From: Patescibacteria group bacterium
GTDB taxonomy: Bacteria; Patescibacteriota; Minisyncoccia; Phycocordibacterales; SBAW01
Assembly: GCA_028871115.1 (NCBI GenBank)
Contig: JAGWOD010000002.1
Coordinates: 2,144 to 66,143 of the forward strand
Direction: 5' to 3'
Length of the DNA: 64,000 bases
Shown here: positions 51,992-61,169 of the stretch, piece after piece
How the letters are laid out: every line of letters starts with the position of its first letter
How positions within the stretch are numbered: the first letter of the stretch is position 1
Position numbers and translations under genes: made by a program
The notes under the pieces: model-generated
What the model was told of the DNA's origin: nothing
Database searches by the model: none
Seen by the model: the letters and a program-made list of their open reading frames with translations, nothing else

Positions 51992-53585
51992 TATATAGAG
52001 TATCCTCATCGGATCCCCACAGGAGCTTCCTGCCAAGGCTCCAGAGGGCGGACTTGTACTCCTCATGTACTGCAAGCCAAAATTGGACTCCAATAAATCC
52101 GGCTGAAAAAAGGTTATAGAAAACCCAGAAGAGAATGAGCCAATACGCTGGATTCCACAAAGTAATTGGAGTTTCTTTAAAAGCAAAAATAACCAGCGCT
52201 CCGTAGAGAATAAAATAAAGCGCAACAAATGCTAGCGTTTCTTGATAAGCGCGGGATATACTCGCTCGACGTGTATTCGTGGGCTCCCATCCAGCACTCT
52301 GCTTAGCAAGGCCAGTAACTACCGCGTGGCAATAGCTGTAGGCGTATGCCGCGCGAGCAAAGAAATTGCCCGACCGCGGAGGAACAATGCGGAAGAGGGG
52401 CATAATGACAAACGCGAGCAAAACACAAGGAAGAAAAAATAAAACGCTCGAAAGATCCGCACTCATGGAAGTCTCAAGAAATAGAAAGAATGTTCCAAAA
52501 GAGAAAAGGATGAGAACAGGGAAGCTCACGTAGTACATAAATCCTGAAAGAAAACAGATCTTCTGCTTGAAGGAAAGCCGAGAGACCCAGAATTCCTTTC
52601 TCATAATGAGACTCACGTTGCCACTGCACCAGCGATGTTGTTGATGGAAAAAAGCGTACAGGTTGTCCGGACATATGCCAATCGCCAATATAATTGGGAG
52701 ATACAGCACTTTCCATCCACGATGCAGGAGGGCAAATCCGGTATGAATATCCTCGCTGTGTTCTATCTGTGCTACTCCTCCAATATCTTCAAGCGCGCTG
52801 CGCCGGTAGAGCGCGTTCGAGCCGCAACACACTGGGGCTCCAAGACGGCTGCGGGCAACTTGAATAAAACGGTAAAAATCTTCTTGCACGCTTGCGGCAC
52901 CATACTCAAGTGCTGAACGATTATGTACAGTGTCGTTTGCTTCGAAATACTGGGGTGATTGGATGATAGCCACGGCAGGATCATCCATATACGGCAGAAG
53001 TTCGCGTATAAAGCCCGGGTGAGGACAAAAATCCGCATCAAAGATCGCGATGAATTTACCTCGTGAGCGATCGAAACCGTACTTAAGGTTCCCCGCCTTC
53101 TTCATATAGCCCTTGTTCCTTCTGCTGAGGTAGGTGAATGAAAATTGGCTTGCAAGAGCCTCGTGAGAAGAAATACCTCGGTCGTCGAGTACATAGACAT
53201 GGATGGGGCCGTACTCTAGCTGTGACACTGCCTTGAACGTACGCGTAAGTATCTCCGTATCCTCGCCGCATATGGGAAGAAATACGTCGACTGAAGGGGG
53301 TTGAGGAGTTTTATTCCAAAATGATGCCACGAGACGCCGGTGCGCTTCGGTGTCCATTGGTTCATAAAAAAAGTTAATGAGATAACTCAAAATAAAGTGA
53401 AGTGTGAGAAACGCTATGAGAGGAACCAGGCTCCACCAATAGATGCTATGGGGTGAGAAAAAACGAGCATACCCCCATACCACGAGAAGCCAGGACACTA
53501 TCGCAAATACATAGATTCCCCGCAGTAATGGCGTCGAAGTTTTCTCTGCGTACAAATATCGTGGTATGTGGCGAGCATTAATCAT
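51882..53585 (-). CDS. Processive GT2 beta-glucan synthase (cellulose-synthase-like)
   Basis: VDVFLP.CGE, LDD, KKAGNL, DADF, QSPQYF, SED, QHRW (QxxRW), multiple TMs; no PilZ recognised. Confidence 0.88.
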   Translation of the reverse strand: MINARHIPRYLYAEKTSTPLLRGIYVFAIVSWLLVVWGYARFFSPHSIYWWSLVPLIAFLTLHFILSYLINFFYEPMDTEAHRRLVASFWNKTPQPPSVDVFLPICGEDTEILTRTFKAVSQLEYGPIHVYVLDDRGISSHEALASQFSFTYLSRRNKGYMKKAGNLKYGFDRSRGKFIAIFDADFCPHPGFIRELLPYMDDPAVAIIQSPQYFEANDTVHNRSALEYGAASVQEDFYRFIQVARSRLGAPVCCGSNALYRRSALEDIGGVAQIEHSEDIHTGFALLHRGWKVLYLPIILAIGICPDNLYAFFHQQHRWCSGNVSLIMRKEFWVSRLSFKQKICFLSGFMYYVSFPVLILFSFGTFFLFLETSMSADLSSVLFFLPCVLLAFVIMPLFRIVPPRSGNFFARAAYAYSYCHAVVTGLAKQSAGWEPTNTRRASISRAYQETLAFVALYFILYGALVIFAFKETPITLWNPAYWLILFWVFYNLFSAGFIGVQFWLAVHEEYKSALWSLGRKLLWGSDEDTLYISSFGTHVRSQYRGTPARSLNHSGSPASFHYFRPPN

Positions 53586-53606
53586 ATATATATTTGTGTG
53601 AATTCT

Positions 53607-55388
53607 TTAGGGAATACTTTGCCGATTTCGATTTTGTAAGCGCCCTGACCCAAGAAAATAGTCTTCCTGGGAAGGGGTCGGGGGCGGCAGTAATAGGAGC
53701 GCTGTGTATATCGGCCGTCGCAGACGCGCCTGTATGGCATAGATACCTCGTCCCAATGAAGCGAGGTATTCGGGTACCGCCTCCCACAAGAAAAAGCCAC
53801 ACATAAAGAATGTGTTGAGTGCTGCCCAAAAAATCATGGGCCCGGAAGTGTGCCCTAACTTAACACCGATGATAAGATCACACAGCGTTATTGAACCTAA
53901 GATAAGATGCGGAACAAAGAGATCTGGGGTACGAGTGGATAGCTGCTTATCTCCCTTTGGCGTGACCACGTAGGTAAGTCGTTTATTACGCAGGACGCCG
54001 ATAAATGCGAGAAAAAAGATGGGCCATGCAGCGATAAAGAGGAGTCTTCCGCGCAGGAGAAGCCCGCGTTCATTTTTCGGATGCACATTGAACCTCTGAA
54101 GCCATAGTTGGAAGAGTATTTGAAAGGTGATGAGCGGCACATACAAAACGAGCACAGGAAGAAGGACCAGATTTGCTGGTGTAATGCCGAAAAAGAAATA
54201 CAGGGTGAGCAGTACAATGCCTGCGGCTTGTGCAACTCCCCCAAAATAAAATTGCTGCAAAAGTAGATAATTACAGATCCGACGCCAAGACATTTTGGAG
54301 AAAAGCTGTGGGGCATGACGAAATAAAATATCCATGCACCCATAAGCCCACCGCATCTGTTGGCCGAAATAGGCGCTCCACGTAGTCGGACCTTCCCCGA
54401 CAAGAAGTGACTCAGGGACATATACGCTCGTCCATGGGCGCGTATACACCTTCATGCCGGTGAGCATATCTTCGGCAATGTGAGCGGTATATCCACCGAT
54501 ATCCCGCATGGCCTCAGTGCGAAAAAGATGATTTGCCCCAATGAGGAGGGTCATATCGCGGCCGTAGAGTCCCTGCTGGAATGGACCGTAAAATCCCCAC
54601 GTTTGCTCCGCAGCACCGCGAGCAATCCATGACTCACTCAAATTTCCATATATCTGAGGAGTACCCACAAAGGCAACCCGTGGGTCGCTAAAATATCCGA
54701 GTGTCCGCAGAAGAAAATCCTTACGGGGTAAAAAGTCCATGTCATGTTGAGCGATGATGTCATAGGAAGTACCCCAGTAATGGAACCAGGAATTGTAGTT
54801 TCCGCCCTTGGTCTTTGCCATAAACTTTCCGTGCGACGTGTTGAAGGCCCCCTTCCCTTTTCGCGAATAGTGCCGAACCCCCAAGCGTGCACAGATTGAT
54901 TTGGCGAGCGGATCATCACCCTCATCAAGAAGCCACGTATCATGGGGGTAATCGACCCCAACCATTGCCTGTAGGGTCTCTTCAAGAACGCTGTAGGGTT
55001 CTGCGCCAGGGACAAAGGCAGTGAGATATGCGACCCGCAATCCTGGCAGTACCGAGGGACAATGAACCGGGCGGCGTATAGTCTCAGCGATATACCAGGA
55101 GAATGCTTCCATTACGATTTCATGCCAGACGATATAACTCAAAACGGCAAAGAGAATGTAGTCCAAAACGTGGAAGGGTCCTGTAAAATTTTGTGCCATG
55201 TGCTGCGGCTGAAACCACCACACGCCAAAGACAGTAATAAGACCAAGCCCCAGCATCATCGAAAGCACGTAGATACTGCGCTCCTTGCGATCCATTCCAC
55301 CTTTGTAGGTAGGTAGCAGAACTATTTCTTGTGTTTGATTGGAATCTATATTCATTCTGTTTTTGTGCAAAGAAACACATAAAAACAT
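53607..55388 (-). CDS. Processive GT2 beta-glucan synthase (cellulose-synthase-like), second paralog
   Basis: LLDE, KGGNYN, DMDF, TPQ.Y, AED, QMRW (QxxRW), YVVTPK gating-loop-like motif; alternative start 55355. Confidence 0.88.
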   Translation of the reverse strand: MFLCVSLHKNRMNIDSNQTQEIVLLPTYKGGMDRKERSIYVLSMMLGLGLITVFGVWWFQPQHMAQNFTGPFHVLDYILFAVLSYIVWHEIVMEAFSWYIAETIRRPVHCPSVLPGLRVAYLTAFVPGAEPYSVLEETLQAMVGVDYPHDTWLLDEGDDPLAKSICARLGVRHYSRKGKGAFNTSHGKFMAKTKGGNYNSWFHYWGTSYDIIAQHDMDFLPRKDFLLRTLGYFSDPRVAFVGTPQIYGNLSESWIARGAAEQTWGFYGPFQQGLYGRDMTLLIGANHLFRTEAMRDIGGYTAHIAEDMLTGMKVYTRPWTSVYVPESLLVGEGPTTWSAYFGQQMRWAYGCMDILFRHAPQLFSKMSWRRICNYLLLQQFYFGGVAQAAGIVLLTLYFFFGITPANLVLLPVLVLYVPLITFQILFQLWLQRFNVHPKNERGLLLRGRLLFIAAWPIFFLAFIGVLRNKRLTYVVTPKGDKQLSTRTPDLFVPHLILGSITLCDLIIGVKLGHTSGPMIFWAALNTFFMCGFFLWEAVPEYLASLGRGIYAIQARLRRPIYTALLLLPPPTPSQEDYFLGSGRLQNRNRQSIP

Positions 55389-55431
55389 TCGCCGAATGTG
55401 GTTCGGTTATGTGCGACAATGCATGTACGAT

Positions 55432-55458
55432 GACGGACGCACATCGCTTGCGCTTACA
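55432..55458 (-). promoter_or_regulatory. Putative ECF-sigma promoter for the GT2 operon
   Basis: Minus strand TGTAAG-N17-CGTC. Confidence 0.5.
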
Positions 55459-55475
55459 AAAATTTTTACTTAAAG

Positions 55476-55507
55476 AAAAAATCATGAAGTTTCCTTCATG
55501 ATTTTTT
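55476..55507. terminator. 14-bp perfect inverted repeat (terminator of the pilus operon or operator)
   Basis: AAAAAATCATGAAG-tttc-CTTCATGATTTTTT. Confidence 0.6.
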
Positions 55508-55548
55508 AGAGCGAACAAAAAAATCCTCAGCGGTAGCGTGGTACTGCC

Positions 55549-56064
55549 TCAGTAGTTCGCTTGGAGTGCACGTTCAATTCGATTGGAAGCACTGGAAGCA
55601 CACGTGTTATAGCCTGCAGAAACCACTGTTGTTTGTACCGGACTTCCCGATTTGGCAACAGTCACGATAGAACAATAGGACTCAGGATTAAATGTAATGG
55701 TAAAGGTGGTAGTCGCACTCAAAGGAGATTCATCTATTGTCCAAGGTGCGGCAGCAATATCCTCCCCGTTGCATGACACTCCGGAAGAAGGAGGTGTTGA
55801 TCCGGAGGATGTGGCAAAGACGCTACCGCTGTTGTAATTGGCTGTGCCAGGATACTTGAGGTCCCAATAGAGCGCACATTCTATTCCCGTATCCGCCGCA
55901 TAGAGGGCAAAATTCGAATCGAGCACAACGGTGGAAAAGGAAATCTCCTTGAAGGTGATATCGAAAATAACAAATCCAACTGCAAGGAGAAGGCTCGCGA
56001 TAAGTACCGCAAAAAGAGTAACGAAGCCGCGCGAACATTTTGATTGATAGTGCATCTCTTTCAT
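55549..56064 (-). CDS. PilX-like minor pilin
   Basis: RGFVTLFAVL (lacks E5), A.YAAD.G.ECA, RA...Y C-terminus. Confidence 0.8.
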   Translation of the reverse strand: MKEMHYQSKCSRGFVTLFAVLIASLLLAVGFVIFDITFKEISFSTVVLDSNFALYAADTGIECALYWDLKYPGTANYNSGSVFATSSGSTPPSSGVSCNGEDIAAAPWTIDESPLSATTTFTITFNPESYCSIVTVAKSGSPVQTTVVSAGYNTCASSASNRIERALQANY

Positions 56065-56068
56065 ATTT

Positions 56069-56668
56069 TTATTGCCATTGGAAAAGATCTTCGCGCACTG
56101 TGAAAGTATGAGGTAGTTTGCCGTCCTGCCAGCTTACGGTCGACAATACGGACGCCTCGCTTTGATTACATGCAGAGCCCCCAGAAACGCACACCGGAAG
56201 TGTTATAGAGACTGTGCGAATAAACTTTGTCGGCGCATTGGAGGACGTCGGAGGATTGTAGTTATAAAAGCCAGTCGAGGTATCGTAGGAAATATAGGGG
56301 CAAGTGCCACTACACTGTGTCACGTTACCGCTCTGATACGGAGAGATTGTGGAATCGAAATAGCACGTTTTTGAACCATCGGTGCTTCCACAGTTAGCAA
56401 GTCCTGCAAGCCAATTGTTGCCGGAGAGATCGTTGGTATCGCGCACCCAACGGACATACTCTATGCCGTCTTGCGCAAGGAAGAGTGCAGTCGTCTGATC
56501 GCTTGCGATGAGCGCCGAGTAGAGACCTTCTGCAGCGATAGCAAGCGGCGCCACGATAGCGGTAATGAGAATCGTAATGGCAACGAATGTTTCGATGAGT
56601 GTGAATCCTCGCGCCCTTGCGACGATTCGCGCTATGCACTGATGAAGATTTTTGCGTAGGTTATTCAT
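56069..56668 (-). CDS. PilV-like minor pilin
   Basis: RGFTLIET N-methylation motif, A.FLAQ.GIE.VR..RD. Confidence 0.82.
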   Translation of the reverse strand: MNNLRKNLHQCIARIVARARGFTLIETFVAITILITAIVAPLAIAAEGLYSALIASDQTTALFLAQDGIEYVRWVRDTNDLSGNNWLAGLANCGSTDGSKTCYFDSTISPYQSGNVTQCSGTCPYISYDTSTGFYNYNPPTSSNAPTKFIRTVSITLPVCVSGGSACNQSEASVLSTVSWQDGKLPHTFTVREDLFQWQ

Positions 56669-57299
56669 TGTAGACACGCTGGGTGAGAGTGGTCTCAAGA
56701 CGTAGCGTCGTTGGAGAGCCACCGGCAACATTGATATGCGCAGTGAGTTCAATGAGAACCTTTGGCTGCGTTGTATATTGGGGCCACGTCCCTATCGTAG
56801 GTACATAAAAACGCATGGAATCAACGGAAACATCCGGAGAAGTGAGCGGCAGAAATGTCTGACCGCTATCGGTCGATTTTTCGATACATCCTCCAGAGAA
56901 CCCTTCGCAGGAAGAACTGTACCAATAGACTATTCGGTCTGTCTGACTTGATGGATCAGCACCGCTCGGCAAGAGTGCGATGTAGGAGGATCCGTATTCG
57001 GGGCAACCCTGCTGAACGGTGGGATTGCCCATGGCCCCAAGGGTATCACCTGACATATCGGTGCAGTGATACACCGTTCCGGTCCGGACGATACGCGACA
57101 TATCATCGAGCGCAAAATCAAGGTTGTCGACGACCGATTGTATCGATTGCGCTTTTCGGTCGGCATTCGCAATAGCGAGTAGCGCAGTCATCGCAATGAG
57201 CATAACAACGGTAAAAAGCGCTACAGCGACAATGAGTTCAATAAGAGTGAATCCCTTCTCGAAGGACTCGCGTGCTCGTCTTGAAGTGAAGCGTGTCAT
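56661..57299 (-). CDS. PilW-like minor pilin
   Basis: KGFTLIEL, MSR.VR.G, LETT..QR. Confidence 0.82.
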   Translation of the reverse strand: MTRFTSRRARESFEKGFTLIELIVAVALFTVVMLIAMTALLAIANADRKAQSIQSVVDNLDFALDDMSRIVRTGTVYHCTDMSGDTLGAMGNPTVQQGCPEYGSSYIALLPSGADPSSQTDRIVYWYSSSCEGFSGGCIEKSTDSGQTFLPLTSPDVSVDSMRFYVPTIGTWPQYTTQPKVLIELTAHINVAGGSPTTLRLETTLTQRVYNE

Positions 57300-57305
57300 A
57301 TACGA

Positions 57306-57974
57306 TTAGTCACCGATTACGATTTGACCGGTCTCTGAAACTGTTACTTCTCGAGTAGTGCCGTTTTGCGATTGGACGATGACATAGGCTTCCGAATAGG
57401 GGTTAGAGGAAACGTCAGTACGAATGATAGCGTCCGGATCAGGTCGTTTGAACGTCACCGCAAGCCATTGAAGCGGTGTTCCCGTACAAGCGGTAATCCC
57501 CGTAGGAAGCGGAGAGGGACAGGCTTGTGCACACGTGAGTGAACTTCCCTGCGCGGCACAGAGATTCTTTAATGTGAAGCCGTTCTGGATCGTAAAATTT
57601 TCCAGTACTGAACTTGCACCATCGTCAAAGATACCGTTGTCATTGAGATCCTCAAACAGGGGGTAATTTGCATTATCCACTCCGATGATGCTTGCCGGGA
57701 AATATACTCCGTAGGCCGCTCCAAAGTTGTTGGTCCCTGGTGCAGTCTCGCGCACCGCCACGCCGTAGAGTTGCGCTTCTCTGAAAGAAAGACCAACTTC
57801 ATAGGCAAGACTGCGCAGCAGTATTGCGCTGTTAAATCCCTGTGTATTGAAAAGAATAAGTGATGAGATGATCACCACAATACCGATAACGACGAGCAGT
57901 TCGATAAGAGTGAACCCTCGGGTACCCTTCGGCAGACGGTCAGAGGGAGAAAAGTGCTGAGAAAAGATCGACAT
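57306..57974 (-). CDS. FimU/FimT-like minor pilin
   Basis: RGFTLIELL, REAQ, YGVYF, V...GQI C-terminus; start trimmed to MSIFS. Confidence 0.8.
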   Translation of the reverse strand: MSIFSQHFSPSDRLPKGTRGFTLIELLVVIGIVVIISSLILFNTQGFNSAILLRSLAYEVGLSFREAQLYGVAVRETAPGTNNFGAAYGVYFPASIIGVDNANYPLFEDLNDNGIFDDGASSVLENFTIQNGFTLKNLCAAQGSSLTCAQACPSPLPTGITACTGTPLQWLAVTFKRPDPDAIIRTDVSSNPYSEAYVIVQSQNGTTREVTVSETGQIVIGD

Positions 57975-58773
57975 GGAAGAAATACGCCACTGCTGCACCG
58001 AGTATAAGGAACGGTGCAAACGGGAGCTCGCTTTTCATTGTAAACCCCGAAGCTCCACCTTGTGCCGTCGAGGCGGGGACAAGTGTACTCATTCTTTTAT
58101 GCGAGAGAGCAATAAGAAGAAGTCCGACGATAGCACCCGACCAAAATCCGATGACAAGTGCACTGAGACCTTCCGTCATGCCAAGAAGCCATCCTAACCC
58201 AAGCTCAAGAAGCCCGTCCCCCCAGCCCATCCATCTGCCACGCGAGACTGCCGAAAGAGCAAGAAGTGGCAGTGCAAGTATAGGTCCGGCAGCTATTGAG
58301 AGAATGCCTGGTAGCGTCCCCTCGCAATATGCGCCAGCACACGAAAGAAATAGGGATAGTAGTCCAAGTGCTCCTGTAACAATGAGTGCAGGAAAGGGCA
58401 AGATAAGAGATTTAAGATCGTAGACAAAAAGAAAGAGAAGCCCCATCCACATAAAAAGACCGAGCACATATGCTACTCCTTGGGGATGCGCAAGGAACAC
58501 TCCTGCCGAGAGAATACCCATAGAGCACTCAACCAAGGGATATTGGGGCGAGATCGCAGCAGCACAATAACGGCATCTCCCGCGCAATAGAAGATAGGAA
58601 AAGACCGGGACAAGATCCCAGGAAGAAAGAGGGTGCCTGCACGTTCGGCAATGGGAACGGCCTCCTATCCCCTCCTTGGTGCCGTAGCGAAAAATAAGGA
58701 CGTTAAGGAAACTTCCGAGTACTAATCCCAGAAGGACAGTCCATATCAGCATAAAGAGAGCGACCGAATCCAT
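57940..58773 (-). CDS. pilD: Prepilin peptidase
   Basis: GSFLNV, RS.C..C, LVPV.S.L.L.GRCR.C, YD, MG.GD, PFAPFL. Confidence 0.92.
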   Translation of the reverse strand: MDSVALFMLIWTVLLGLVLGSFLNVLIFRYGTKEGIGGRSHCRTCRHPLSSWDLVPVFSYLLLRGRCRYCAAAISPQYPLVECSMGILSAGVFLAHPQGVAYVLGLFMWMGLLFLFVYDLKSLILPFPALIVTGALGLLSLFLSCAGAYCEGTLPGILSIAAGPILALPLLALSAVSRGRWMGWGDGLLELGLGWLLGMTEGLSALVIGFWSGAIVGLLLIALSHKRMSTLVPASTAQGGASGFTMKSELPFAPFLILGAAVAYFFHVDLFSALFSL

Positions 58774-58796
58774 CGCAAGAAGTATACACCGGCACT

Positions 58797-58830
58797 ACTA
58801 AAAACGCGCCTTACGTAGGCGCGTTTTTAG
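58797..58830. terminator. Terminator downstream of the major pilin genes
   Basis: ACTAAAAACGCGCCT-tacgt-AGGCGCGTTTTTAG. Confidence 0.88.
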
Positions 58831-58850
58831 TTAGTAGTCGGAAAGAAAAA

Positions 58851-59339
58851 CTATGGTCTGATGCAGTAGTAGTAATTAGGACTCTGTGAGCAATCAACGC
58901 CTCCTATTGTTCCCGTCGTTACTGAACCGTTAAGAATAGAAACGTTATCGTTTTCAAGTTGGACACGAAGTACATAGCTTGGGCACGGAGTACTGCTACA
59001 TGTAGAACTAGTCGATGCAACGCTTGCGAGCGCTTGATATGCATAGGCATAGCTGCCGCCCTCCGGATCCGCAGGCATTGCGGCAATGTAGTTAGGAACC
59101 AAATAGGAAGTGAGCGCGGAGTAGGAAGCGACTGCCGGATAGGTAGCAAAATCGTTGTTGTAGAGTTCAAGGGCCGTACGCACTTCCTGAATATCTGAAA
59201 CACGGCGTGCATCGCGGCTTTTGCTGCGAGCGGTGTTGAGGGAGGCGAGAATGATGGACGCGAGAATCGCGATAATAGCGATGACGACGAGCAATTCGAT
59301 GAGGGTGAAACCCCGGGCCTTCTTCATGGCTATGCGCAT
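58851..59339 (-). CDS. Type IV major pilin-like protein (copy 2)
   Basis: RGFTLIELLVVIAII, AR.KSRDARR.SD, ALELY, YI..MP.DP. Confidence 0.9.
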   Translation of the reverse strand: MRIAMKKARGFTLIELLVVIAIIAILASIILASLNTARSKSRDARRVSDIQEVRTALELYNNDFATYPAVASYSALTSYLVPNYIAAMPADPEGGSYAYAYQALASVASTSSTCSSTPCPSYVLRVQLENDNVSILNGSVTTGTIGGVDCSQSPNYYYCIRP

Positions 59340-59836
59340 ACTATTTTAGTGAATAAAGAAACTTATGGACGCACACAGTAATAATAATTTCCAGTGCAGG
59401 TGATCCCCGTTACCGTTGTGCTAGCGCTACCCGCAAGAACATTCGCATTATTGTTTTCAAGATCTGTCTGGAGTACGTAACTGGGACACACCCCGCTAGT
59501 ACATAGGCTGGGAGTCACTGAGGAACTGGAGAGCGAAGCGTACAGATACACGTAAGTGCCGCTATTGGTTGGGTCCGAGGGCATTGCGGATATATAGTTG
59601 GGCACCAGGGCGCTCGAGAGCGCGCTGATGTTGCTTGCTGCACTCACGGAAGGATAGCCGTTGTTATCGTTATTGTAGAGCTCAAGCGCGAGGGCTACTT
59701 GTTGGAGATCTGAAACACGGCGTGCATCGCGGCTTTTGCTGCGAGCGGTGTTGAGGGAGGCGAGAATGATGGACGCGAGAATCGCGATAATAGCGATGAC
59801 GACGAGCAATTCGATGAGGGTGAAACCCCGGGCCTT
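59193..59836. repeat. 129-bp perfect direct repeat (59193-59321 and 59708-59836) encoding the pilin N-terminal helix
   Basis: Base-by-base comparison by eye shows identity from ATCTGAAACACGG to CCCCGGGCCTT. Confidence 0.92.
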
Positions 59837-59848
59837 GAAGTTACGCAT
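59363..59848 (-). CDS. Type IV major pilin-like protein (copy 1)
   Basis: Same N-terminal helix as its neighbour, divergent head domain. Confidence 0.9.
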   Translation of the reverse strand: MRNFKARGFTLIELLVVIAIIAILASIILASLNTARSKSRDARRVSDLQQVALALELYNNDNNGYPSVSAASNISALSSALVPNYISAMPSDPTNSGTYVYLYASLSSSSVTPSLCTSGVCPSYVLQTDLENNNANVLAGSASTTVTGITCTGNYYYCVRP

Positions 59849-59954
59849 AGAAAGACGGCTGGAGACGTTTGTTTGATGATAATCGGAATTTCACATCCGG
59901 CTACTGAGAATTATACTAGACCCTTTCTTCCCTCCCCGTCCGATGTGGATAACC

Positions 59955-61166
59955 TTAAATGGTGTTGGCGACGTTGTAGATAGGGATAAGAATAGAGGCG
60001 AGAAGAAACCCAACACCTACGGCGAGTACGACGATGAGTGCCGGTTCTATCAAATTGACCAGGGTATCAACCGCGGTATTAACTTCCCGTTGATAGAAGC
60101 GGGCGAGACGCTCAAGTATAGTACCGAGCTCCCCGGTCTCTTCGCCTATCTGAATCATCTGGACAAGAATTGTGGGAATCTCTTTTGGGTGGTGTGAGAG
60201 TGCCGTAGACATAGGGCTGCCGCCTTTCACAGCCGCTACCGCTTCTTCTAGTATTCCTTCATATAAGCGGTTATTAACGACAGAGGAGGTGATTTCAAGT
60301 GCGCGCACCGCAGTGATACCGGAGGAAAGCATTGCGTGCATGTTATCGGCAATGCGAGAGACGTAGAGTTTACGATAAAGATCTCCGATAAAGGGAGTCG
60401 AGATCCTGAAGCGGTCGACTGCGAGACGGCCAGTTTGTGTCCTTGACCAACGATAGAAGAAGAATCCTCCGATAATAAGAAAGATAAGAATAAAGATGCC
60501 GTAGCTCACCAAGAAGTTGGAGGCACTAATGACGATTTGCGTGTAAATGGGAATGTCAGCTCCTGATTCACCGATGACCGAGGAAATCTTGGGAATAACG
60601 AACGTGAGCATGAGGACCATAACGACGAGGAACGTAAAGAGTACGAAGGCCGGATAGATGAGCGCATTACGCGCCTTGGACTCAAGCTCAAAAGAGCGAT
60701 CCATATAATCGGCGAGGAAGAGAAAGGTTTGGTCGAGCTTCCCGGACTCTTCTCCCGCGCGCACCATGTTGACGTAGAACTCCGAGAAAATCTTCGGATG
60801 TTTGGCGAGCGCTTTTGAGAGGCTATCACCACTCTGCAGATCGTCGGCTATCGTCGTGAGTGCCTCTCGCAGTATTGCTTTATCTGCCTGCTCGGCAAGC
60901 AGCTGGAAAACGCGAAGTGCCGAGACCTGTGCTTCAAAGAGTGTGGCAATCTCGCGCGAGAGAAGAACGATGTCGCGATTGGAAACCCAGCCAAAAATCT
61001 TTATCTGCTTGTGGAGAAGGCCGCCACTACTTTGTCCGCCCTGGAGCGACGTTACGGTGAGTCCGCGGCGCTGAAGAGAGGTGATAGCGATATCCTGCGA
61101 TGCCGCATTGATGGAGCCGCTGATACTCTTTCCCGCTGGATCAAGTGCTTCGTACTGAAAAAGCAT
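59955..61166 (-). CDS. pilC: Type IV pilus platform protein PilC (T2SS F family)
   Basis: MV.AGEESG.L, A.IYP, M..IGEETGEL, L.EP, PIY. Confidence 0.93.
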   Translation of the reverse strand: MLFQYEALDPAGKSISGSINAASQDIAITSLQRRGLTVTSLQGGQSSGGLLHKQIKIFGWVSNRDIVLLSREIATLFEAQVSALRVFQLLAEQADKAILREALTTIADDLQSGDSLSKALAKHPKIFSEFYVNMVRAGEESGKLDQTFLFLADYMDRSFELESKARNALIYPAFVLFTFLVVMVLMLTFVIPKISSVIGESGADIPIYTQIVISASNFLVSYGIFILIFLIIGGFFFYRWSRTQTGRLAVDRFRISTPFIGDLYRKLYVSRIADNMHAMLSSGITAVRALEITSSVVNNRLYEGILEEAVAAVKGGSPMSTALSHHPKEIPTILVQMIQIGEETGELGTILERLARFYQREVNTAVDTLVNLIEPALIVVLAVGVGFLLASILIPIYNVANTI

Positions 61167-61169
61167 ATT

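Noticed and set aside
59193-59836. Pilin repeat as a diversity-generating retroelement TR/VR pair
   Set aside because: The copies are identical rather than adenine-variant, cover the constant N-terminus, and no reverse transcriptase is in the window.
59854-59890. Two CGTC tetramers upstream of the first pilin as further ECF promoters
   Set aside because: No GYAAG -35 element at 16-17 nt spacing.
59944-59952. Perfect DnaA box (TGTGGATAA) and near matches at ~44663 and ~28500 as oriC
   Set aside because: They are isolated and scattered, with no cluster, no dnaA/dnaN and no AT-rich unwinding region nearby.
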